Below are positions 50,756-64,000 of a stretch of DNA of 64,000 bases, piece by piece. The position numbers were made by a program, and so were the translations under genes. The first letter of the stretch is position 1. Every line of letters begins with the position of its first letter. The notes beneath the pieces are model-generated. The model made no database searches, was not told the origin of the DNA, and saw only the letters and a program-made list of their open reading frames with translations. Source of the DNA: the human T2T-CHM13v2.0 reference genome, Homo sapiens; the NCBI RefSeq assembly GCF_009914755.1, contig NC_060934.1; one strand, given 5' to 3'.

Positions 50756-51023
50756 TGAGAGGTGGTTGGATTGAGAGAGCAGTGGATAATCTGTCAAAGT
50801 GGTTTACTTCCTTTATTTATTTCCTTTATAAGAAGTACAGTTGGTTTACAAATTAAATCATATATGATGGTGCGTTTGTGTTTGTTTTTCTGAGTCTGAC
50901 TTTAGGGTTTGTTTATAGCAGTATCCTAAGGGTAGAACCAAGAGTTAAGACTTGTTGTGAGTTTTCTCGTCTTTGCAATTTTTCCAGCCCTGCGATTTGT
51001 GCTGTGTCTTCCACATAATCTAC

Positions 51024-51352
<329 letters not shown>

Positions 51353-51366
51353 TAAGATTGATGGCT

Positions 51367-51732
<366 letters not shown>

Positions 51733-51859
51733 TCAGCCAAGCTCCTGATAAACCACTTAATTAAAGCTAAGAGATTATCATGATAAATGTTAATTGGGAT
51801 TATCATGATAAATTGGGATTCTTGTCCTGTGTTCTTTTATAAGAAACAGGTGATGCATA

Positions 51860-52168
51860 TTTTCTTTTTTTTGTTGTTTTTTGAGACCAAGTCTCGCTCT
51901 TATCACCCAGGCTGGAGTGCCATGGCAGGCGCGATCTTGGCTAACTGCAACCTCTGCCTTCCGGGTTCAAGCAATTCTCCTGCCTCAGCCTCCCGATTAG
52001 CCGGGATTACAGGCGGGTGCCACCATGCCCGGCTAATTTTTGTATTTTTAGTAGAGACACGGTTTCACCGTGTTGGCCAGGCTGGTCTCGAACTCCTGAC
52101 CTCAGGTGATCCGCTCACCTCGGCTTCCCAAACTGCTGGGATTACAGGCGTGAGCCACCATGCCCGGC
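51860..52168 (-). mobile_element. AluSp/Sq-like element
   Basis: TSD atgcatattttcttt. Confidence 0.95.
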
Positions 52169-53242
52169 CAATGCATATTTTCTTTGGCCCACATTTTAGG
52201 TGTTTATTAATAAGTGTTGGTCGACGCCCAAAGGAGAAATCTCAGAGGTCATGGTTGTTATACTATTTTTAAAGGTCTCCCACAGGATGCTTAAGGAACC
52301 TATAGCAGTGGATTCTGCCTTTAGTGAAAGTGGAATACAGCTCATCATCCTTGTCTCAATAATAACCCCATTTCCTCATTGGTGAAATGGGAACAATAAT
52401 AATAAAAGTGGATTTCGTCTCAAAGTACATCCGACGGTCCGGTCTTCCACTGTTTTTGATGACTCACCTTCTGTTGATCCCTTGCCTACTTCACCGGTAC
52501 ATTAGGAGATTTAATTAAAGTGTGTAGAGGATCTAAGCTCTTCAGAGAAACACACAGCATTATTATGGCAGATAACACTTCTGATCTTCCATAATCTCTT
52601 GAAGGTAATGAAACCAGCAATATAGAAAGCTGAGGGTTTAATATAGTCAGAGTTTTATGAAGACACATCCATACAATACTTTATTAATAGTGGTCATCAT
52701 TGTGGCCTTGAGAGTTCAGAATTCAATTCCTAGGAACTTTCTAATTGTTCTCAGCATTTTGATTTAACTTTTTTCCTGTCAATAAACACAATCGAGAGAT
52801 CAGTTAAGTATTCAGGTCATGCTGGTTTTACTCAACTTTGAAGGCTTTCCTATTTTGTTTTCAAACTATGATTATTACAATACTTTTGTAAGTTGGAGCA
52901 GGGGGGAAAACAGTATTTATTTAGGCTTGTGTTTCCTGACTCGTCTCCTGGTCTCCGGTTTCTCCAGCTTTCAACCTGTATTCCAACTGCCTACTTAATG
53001 ATCGCCCTTATGTAGTTCTCATCCTCTGGCCCAAGCCCTTGTGTCAGTATTTTTCACTGTAAGCTAATGTACAACCTACAATCAGCCTTTACGGGATGCT
53101 TTAAAGTCTGGAAACATGCTCCTCATTGCTCATATCATCAGAATGTCTCTGTGACAAGCCACCTCCTCCAGGAAGCCTTCTCATTCCTCCAGTATCAGTG
53201 AATGTTGTCCATACCGATCTCACAGGGCACTTGCTTTGTACC

Positions 53243-53607
53243 TGTATCCATCCATTTTCATGCTCCAGATAAAGACATACCTGAGACTGGGTAATTTATA
53301 AAGAAAGGAGGTTTAATTGACTCACTGTTCCACATGGCTGGGGAGGCCTCACAATCATGGTGGGAAGGGAAGGATGAGCAAAGTCACATCTTACATGGCA
53401 ACAGGGAAGAGAGAACTCGTGCAGGGGAATTCCTCTTTATAAAACCATCAGATCTCGTGAGACTTAAACACTATCACGAGAATAGCATGAGAAAGACCCA
53501 CCCCCATGATTCAAATACCTCCCACTGGGTCCCTCCATGACATATGGGAATTGTGGGAGCTACAATTCAAGATAAGATTTGGGTGGGGACACAGCCAAAC
53601 CATATCA
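53243..53607 (-). mobile_element. THE1 (B/C-like) solo LTR
   Basis: Complete LTR with perfect 5-bp TSD GTACC. Confidence 0.95.
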
Positions 53608-54145
53608 GTACCTCTCTCCTGACATTTACTGCACTCTGCTTTGTATCGTAAGTATCCTATGAATATATAAAAACGATGCGTGACTCATTGAATGCTTACC
53701 ATATATGTGCTAGGCACTGTGTTGGTGGCTCCTCTCCTAGGGCCAGGATTGTTTCTTTTTCATCTTCGTTTCCCTGCATATCTTCAGTTGAAGTTAGTAG
53801 ATCCTCAGGAAACATTTGCAACATTAAATTGAAATGTATGCAGGTGAAATTAGCACGTTTGGAAAGCTGATTTCCTTGAATTCCCTTCCTATGCCCTGAG
53901 AACTTAAGACCGAAGTTGCCCCCTCAGATCTGTAAATCAAAGCAGTTTTTCTTAATATTTCAGGAAGCATAAAGATCATTGGTCACAAGCCTATAAAGAG
54001 GACATAATGCCAACGAAAACATAGGTTTGCTTGTGGCTGAAATTACATTCCATCAGTATGGAATTGAAGGGTGGATAGAACAGAAATATTTGCTCATTGG
54101 TTGAGCAGACATTTATTGATCATCTGCCTCTGTGCAATTGCTGTT

Positions 54146-54517
54146 TGTATTAGTTCATTCTCACACTGCTATAAAGATACTACCCAAGTCTGGGTAATTT
54201 ATAATGGAAAGAGGTTTAATTGACTCATAGTTCTGCCTGGCTGGGGAGGCCTCAGGAAACGTAAAATTGTGGTGGAAGGGGAATCACGCATGTCTTACAT
54301 GGCAGCAGGAGAGAGAGGGCAAGTGAGAGCAGGGAAAACTGCCTCATAAAACCATAAGATCTCATGAGAACCCACTAACTATCATGAGAACAGCATGGGG
54401 AAAACTGTCGCCATGCTCTAATCACCTCCCATCTGTTCCCTCCCTCAATATGTAGGGATTATGGGGATTACAATTTGAGATGAGATTTGGGTGGGGACGT
54501 GGAGCCAAACCATATCA
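54146..54517 (-). mobile_element. MSTA/THE1D-like solo LTR
   Basis: Complete LTR with perfect 5-bp TSD CTGTT. Confidence 0.93.
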
Positions 54518-54792
54518 CTGTTATAGCTTAGAGTTGTACCTAGTGTTCCAAGTATGGGAATGGAGTTAGTTATCAAAACAAAATCTAGTTACAAGTACAA
54601 CTCTCCTTTTCATCAATTATGGTGTTGAGTTTCCCAGGCAGGTGTCCAGGCAGGCAGCAGACCAGAGCAAGGCAAGGGCTAGAGTCAGAATGGAAAAGTC
54701 TCTGAGCTCCCTGCTAGTGGCTGTCAGACCTTTTTTTGTTATAACTACCTTTTTTTTTTTTTACACCAAACAGGCTAGGTTAGACCATCTAA

Positions 54793-55134
<342 letters not shown>

Positions 55135-55535
55135 TAGTAGCCAAAATCAAGACTTTTCTTGGAGAGTCTACCGTGTGATCTTCAAAGGACCTGGGGAGAC
55201 TTGTGTGGGAAATACCTTTTAGATATACTGTATTGTTATTTGTGCAACTGAATCATACAGCCTTTCTGTGATTCAAAGTTTATTTAAAAATTAAACGGCC
55301 TTAGCAAGAAATTCCTGAGGATGGTCTATACATTTAAAACATTTACCTAAGAGCCATTATCCAGTTTTACTTCTTATAAAGGAAGACCTATGGCCATGAG
55401 TCACTTGCAGTAACTTTACTAAGTATTTTTAGTTTTCTGATTTTCAGTTGACTTCCACCAATGCAGATAGGAAATGTCTTTGGAGATGAAGTCACTTGCT
55501 GTTATTTTTTTATATGCTCAAGATTCTGGCTCTTA

Positions 55536-55875
55536 CACTACTGTCCCCTTATCCATGGTTTTGCTTTTTGTGGTTTCAGTTACCTGTAGTCAACCACAGT
55601 CTGAAAATATTAAGGTATTTTAAGACAGAAAGAGAGAGAGGAGAGAAACCGCATTCATGTAAGTTTTATTCCAGCATATTGTTATAATTCTTCTATTTTA
55701 TTATTAGTTATTGTTGCTAATCTTTTACTGTGCCTAAATTATAAATTAAACTTTATCATAAGTATGTATATATGGGACAAAAACATAGTATCTACAGGGT
55801 TAGGTACTATTTGCGGTTTCACACATCCACTGGGGGCCCTGGAACAGATTTTCTTTGGATAAGAGGGCACTACTG
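55536..55875 (+). mobile_element. MER44A (Tigger7-derived DNA transposon relic)
   Basis: Inverted ends gtccccttatcc / ggataagagggcactactg; internal ggtttcagttacc...catccactggggg. Confidence 0.87.
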
Positions 55876-55978
55876 TGGATAGTAAGGGAAAGTTAAAAAA
55901 ACAAAAACAAAACATAAAAAGGCTATGTATTCCTATGTAGTTGGGTACAGAATAATAATCTAAAATAACACATTTACT

Positions 55979-56270
55979 GCCGGGCTCAGTGAATCATGCC
56001 TGTAATCCCAACACTTTGGGAGGTTGAGGTGGGTGGATCACCTGAGGTCAGGAGTTCGAGACCAGTCTGGCCTACATGGTGAAACGCAGTCTCTACTAAA
56101 AATACAAAAATTAGCCACGTGTGGTAGTGGGTGCCTGTAATCCTAGCTACTCGGGAGGCTGATGCAGGAGAATTGCTTGAACCTGGAAGATGGAGGTTGC
56201 AGTGTGCAATTGCACTCCAGCCTGGGTTACATGAGTAAAATTATGTCTCAAAAAATAATAATAGTAAAAT
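55979..56270 (+). mobile_element. AluS-type element
   Basis: Dimer with small deletion. Confidence 0.93.
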
Positions 56271-56511
56271 AAAATAGTATATTTGCTGCCTTCTGAGAAC
56301 TTGGAGTGTGAAGATACAGGAAAGTTGAAAAAGCAAACCTGGCTTCAAAATCCAGAGCCCAAACACTTTCGGAAAAACATTTTCCATGCTTTTTAATAAT
56401 TTTTAGCTCTTCCGATTTGGGAAAATAATGTCATATTCCGTAAAAGGGCTGTGCTGTGATCTCAGAATTATCTATTGTCAGAAATATATTAAATAAAGAT
56501 TCCAAGAAAAT

Positions 56512-56819
<308 letters not shown>

Positions 56820-57019
56820 TTAGCTCTTTTTTTTTTTAGTGACTTTTAACCTCTATTAACTACACATTTTTGTTGTTCTTTTCTAGTGCTAATTCCACTT
56901 CTATTTATAATTCTTTGCTTCTGCTTTAATTTTTGTTTTCTTACTTTATTGTATGATTCCTTTGTGCGAGTCTCCTCAAACCCTTTGTGGATAAAGCGGG
57001 ACTAAAACAAGCAAGCATC

Positions 57020-58055
<1,036 letters not shown>

Positions 58056-58062
58056 GTTCATT

Positions 58063-58330
58063 CTGTTGTTTGTTTGTTTGTTTCTGAGAGCATGAACTTG
58101 GCTCATAGCCTCGAGTCCAGGCTCAAGTGATCCTTCTGCCTCAGCCTCCTGTGTAGGTGGGACCACAGGTGCATGTCACCATGGCTGACTAATTTTGGGA
58201 TTTGTTTTTCTAGAGATGAGGTCTCACTTTGTTGCCCAAGCTGATTGCGAACTCCTGGGCTCAAGCAGTCCTCCTGCCTCAGCCTCCCAAAGTGGTGCTG
58301 GGGTTATAGCATGAGCCACCGTGCCTGGCT
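58063..58330 (-). mobile_element. AluJ-type element
   Basis: Degenerate dimer. Confidence 0.88.
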
Positions 58331-58896
58331 GTTTTTTTTGTTTGTTTTTTTGTTTTTTTTTTTAATTTAAATAAGAGCATTTGTAGATGTTGCATCAGAG
58401 AGAATGTGAAAAATATAGAAATGTCATGTAAATTACCGAGTGCTGGGCTTGGCACATGGTAATTTTACAATAAGGTTGCTATCTATTGTTATTGTCGGCT
58501 AAACTAGTCTAATTAATCTTAGCAGAACTGTGTATGAAGTGCTGTTCATAGTCAATATTTGGCATTCTCTAAGCAGACTTAGGTTGGAATTGCAGCCTTT
58601 CAGTCCAGGGGCAAGTTTCTTAACTTTTCTTGGCCTTACTTTCCTCATAGAATATCAAGCCAGCAATGCATTCGTGAAAATTTGAGATAAGAGATGTAAA
58701 GTGCTTTAAGCAACACATAGTAGAAGCTTAGTCAATGAACAAAAGGCATTATTGTTGGTTCCCAGCCTCCAAGTGAGGCCACAGGACTCTTATCTATCTT
58801 TGTATCTCCCATAGACCTTACCTGCCTCGAATAACATCTTACACTTATTAACTGCTTAATACATATTTATCAAATCCATAGTAACTTTTTATTTCA

Positions 58897-59241
<345 letters not shown>

Positions 59242-59839
59242 TTATGGTTCTGTTCTTTAAAAAGGTTTCTTTCTATGGTTCTATTTTTATGGTTTATCTT
59301 TACTTACAATTTATTGTTCTTGATTCTTTTTTTTTTAACTTAAAAATGATGACTGACACTTCCTAATTTATGATTAAGAACTTCCCTTCACAACACCCCC
59401 GCCTCCATTTCCGCTGCTAACCCCTCACATGAGTGTGTTCAGATGAGATCTTGTTCCTGGTCTGGCTTAACTGTGATACGAATTATTCAGGCCATGGAGC
59501 TTTTTCTAGAATTGTCACTGGGCTTCAAGACTTCCACCAAAGTCAAAATCAGTCGGCGATGGACTACCTCAAACAGCTTGAATTGAATTAAAATGAACCA
59601 TAGCACTAGAAAGGCATGTAATTTGATCTGAAATATTGCGCAGGAACAATATCAAGTCTCAGGCAAGACAGGCAATTAGCAACTTTGTGATAATAAAGAA
59701 TTTGAAATAGCTCTTGAGTTCATAACTCGTTGCCTGCCTGTGTGTTTTGGTTGGGGGATTCAAAATGTATATGTTACTATTTTACCTGTGACATTACTAT
59801 AAGCATCTGATGGATTTACACTAGTAACATTGATCTTTT

Positions 59840-60480
59840 CCCATTTTACTCCCTTTTACTGATTATAAATGTTATAAACATTAAAAACTGGAAAATACAT
59901 TAAATTGTAATGAAGGAAAAAAAATGGTCGATCTTCACTCCTCCTGCTCAAAGATGAGCTTCACATTTTAGTGTCTCTGGCTGTTAAGTCCTATTTATGT
60001 GTAGATACATACACTCCGTATAAATTTTTATCGTATTTAAAATACTTAAACTAGTTTTGTGTTTTGCTTTTTCAGGTAATAAGAGCATTTTTCTTTATTT
60101 TCCTCATTTTTTTCTTCACATCAAAGAGCATACAGAATATAAGAGCATTTTTCTATGTCATTAAATATTCTTTGCAAATATAATTGAATGGTTGCATAAT
60201 GTTCCATCCTGTTTATATGTAAACATTCCTATGTTATAAGACATTTTGTTGCCATCTATATAATGCCATAATGGACTCTTTGAGTATAAATCTTTTTTAC
60301 ACATGTCTAAATATTCTCTTAAGACAGATTCTCACCAGCAGAGCAACATTTTTAAGACTTGGGATACTTACTGCTAAATTACTTTTCAGACAAGTTGGGC
60401 AAATTTGCACTTTTGCCAGCGTGTGGCTAGGAGGTTGTCATACCTCCACGCTCACTACAATCTTCCTATTTTCACAAATG
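59840..60480 (-). mobile_element. Old L1M fragment
   Basis: aatggttgcataatgttccat...aaatttgcacttttgccagc resembles reversed L1M 3' region. Confidence 0.55.
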
Positions 60481-60756
60481 AGTCAATGAACGGGCTGGAT
60501 TTGTTGTAACTGTCTCTCAAGTGATGCTTTCTATTGGATTCCCACAATATGACTACTGCTAACTTTTAAGGACTAAGTTACCATTTTAAATGGAAAGATT
60601 TCATCTTGAATGTGAAGCTGGATATCTATAAATAAAAAATTGCAGTTGGTTATTTGGTGTTTCTCGTATTGCTAGTATAAGTTCCTTAAATATTATATAG
60701 ATATTATTTTTATGATTTAGCATTTATCCCATGATAAAACTGGAATCATGTATGCC

Positions 60757-61112
60757 TCATACGGATTGACTGTGTCCCCACCCACATCTCACCTTGAATT
60801 GTAATAATCCCCATGTGTCAAGGGTGGGGCCAGGTGGAGATAATTGAATCACGGGGGCGGTTTCCCCCATACTGTTCTCCTGGTAATGAATAAATCTCAT
60901 GAGATCCGCTGGTTTTATAAATGGGAGTTCCCCTGTGCAAGCTCTCTTGCCTGCTGCCATGTAAGTCATGGCTTTGTTCCTCATTTGCCTTCCGCCATGA
61001 TTGAGAGTCCTCCCCAGCCATATGGAATTGTGAGTCCATTAAACCCCTTTCCTTTATAAATTACCCAGTCTCAGTTATATCTTTATTAGCAGCCTGAGAA
61101 CAGACTAATACA
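60757..61112 (+). mobile_element. THE1C-like solo LTR
   Basis: ctgtgtccccaccc...gataattgaatca...cagactaataca. Confidence 0.93.
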
Positions 61113-61884
61113 GTCCTTCTCCCCCACCATGTTTTGGGGTTTATCTGAGGATAATAATTCCTAATAAATACTTTACTTCTTTGGCATTTGGACCTCTGGA
61201 CAGCTTTTTGAAATTTGAACAGTTTTCTATTATGTTGTGCCATCTGGAATTTATACAAATAAAATACACTGTGCTTCAGGTTTAGTTTGTAGAAGTGAGA
61301 ATTTTATGTACGTAGCTTCTATTCTCTTCATTTCTAAGAAGTCAACATTTAAACCAGACTTCATGTTGTCTGGACATAAAAGATAAAGTATTTGTAGAGT
61401 AATTTAATCGAGTAGGTCTTAGGGCATAGCTCTCCATATTACATACCCAATTTCCTTGCAAACTTCAACCAAAAAAAAAAAAAGGAAAAAACTTTATTGG
61501 AATTTTAGAGTTAGAGCACATTGTACTTTATTCACTTTGGAATAAACCGTTTGGCTCTTTCATTCTTTAATTAAGGTATAAACTAGTTGTGATACTTTCC
61601 TTCTCTTTATTCGGCTCAAATGAGTCTCACTGATGCAAAATAAACACTAGATACTATGTAACTACTGGGAATAAAGGAGGCCTTCTGCCCACCCCACCTC
61701 TAACCTGACGAAGCCCCTGATGAAGTCAAAGGAAGATAAATCCACGCAGTGCTGGAATATACTGTGGAACCTCATGATATATTCATTATGAGTCCTCCTC
61801 TCCAGCACACCCCAGTTAGTAAGTTCCTTAGATAAACCAAATCTATGCACAAATGAACTCACTATTAAAAATTAGTTCTCCTAG

Positions 61885-61998
61885 CGCTTGAACCCGGGAG
61901 GCGGAGGTTGCAGTGAGCCGAAATCGCACCACTGCACTCCAGCCTGGGTGATAGAGTGAGACTCCATCCGAAAAAAAAAAAAAAAAAAAAAAAAAAAC
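61885..61998 (+). mobile_element. 5'-truncated Alu (part of right arm)
   Basis: Long pure A-tail; TSD ttagttctcct. Confidence 0.93.
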
Positions 61999-62385
61999 AG
62001 TTAGTTCTCCTGTAAGCATTCCTATGTCCTTAATATCACTTTCTGTTCCTGCCTTGCATCTCCGCATCTTTTTCTTCGTCTCTGGCCGAATGCTGTAAAC
62101 GCTCATAAATATCAAGTAATAAGATGCAAAGAGATTGCAAACTAAAACTGAAAACCTTAAAGATGCAGTTTGTCATGAAGCTGCTGAAAGAGATATTGGA
62201 GAAATGCCAAAATACCTCCAAAGCCAAAGTCTGGCTGTGTGACTGTGGAGCATTTAAAAGCTTCTCATGACTTAGTTTCCTCACTTGAAAACTGGAATAA
62301 TATCTGCCTGATTAACCACATGAAATTTGAAATAAAAAGCAAGTAAAATGATACCTAAAAGCACTACTTAAATAATAAAGTACCT

Positions 62386-62597
62386 GGCCGGGCACCGTGG
62401 CTCAGGCCTGTAATCCCAGCACTTTGGGAGGCCTAGGTGGGCAGATCACGAGGTCAGGAGTTCGAGACCAGCCTGGCCAACACAGTGAAACGTCATCTCT
62501 ACTAAAAATACAAAAAATTAGCCAGTTGTGGTGGCATGTGCCTGTAATCCCAGCTACTTGAGAGGCTGAGGCAGGAAAGTTGTTTGAACCTGGGAGT
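62386..62597 (+). mobile_element. AluS-type element, 3'-truncated
   Basis: Stops after gaacctgggag; no tail. Confidence 0.9.
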
Positions 62598-62964
62598 TAG
62601 ACCCTTAACAGCCCAAGAGGAGAAATTGGTAGGAATGGTATCAAGACAAGTGCTTCAGAATAGAAGTTGCATAACAACCAGTTAATAGAGGACCTTGGTT
62701 AAAAAAGAAAATGATAGTCTTCAAAAATATTTTTGCAAAACTTTTTTCATCACTGGGGTACAAAAGTCAAGAAAAGAATGTCATCTCACATAATTTTGTC
62801 AGAAAAATGATCTTCCCTCCCCACCAAATCTAACACTCAAATAATTCTTTGTTCTAACCATTAGGGCATATTTATAATGATGACTTATTTTGATTTTTTT
62901 TAGTGTAAAATCTTAAGCCCTTTAAAAATGACATATTATTTGGCGTTAGTCTCTATATTTTGAA

Positions 62965-64000
<1,036 letters not shown>

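Noticed and set aside
60077-60154. Direct repeat ataagagcatttttct about 60 bp apart
   Set aside because: Two copies inside an old L1-like fragment; simple local duplication, not an array
62036-62115. Protein-like peptide DIYERLQHSARDEEKDAEMQGRNRK on the - strand
   Set aside because: Could not tie it to a known protein or exon chain; weak acceptor; may be chance or non-coding

Overview
Catarrhine-primate (probably human) non-coding genomic DNA, judged from AluJ/S/Y, THE1, MLT2A and MADE1 content. It is very Alu-rich (about 70 copies or fragments) and also holds a rearranged HERV-L/MLT2A provirus remnant (36.2-39.8 kb), five THE1/MST LTRs, several MLT1, MER4, MER21 and MER39 LTRs, MER44A and MADE1 DNA-transposon relics, and old L1, L2 and MIR pieces. 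I found no convincing protein-coding exon, and nearly all supplied ORFs are Alu or LTR read-through. The clearest gene signal is a CpG-island promoter at about 25.2-25.75 kb. It has a phased Sp/KLF array, ETS sites and a + strand first-exon donor at 25476/25477, followed by candidate non-coding exons. I cannot name the gene. I see no new multi-gene system. The best-supported oddities are: (1) an inverted copy of a nearby Alu plus its unique flank filling a deletion in the HERV-L; (2) a roughly 100-nt polyadenylated mRNA 3'-end retrocopy hidden inside an Alu; (3) an Alu target-site duplication that duplicated a consensus splice donor; (4) a MADE1 hairpin with a perfect SETMAR site upstream of the promoter. 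Repeat subfamily names come from recalled consensus sequences, and boundaries are approximate.
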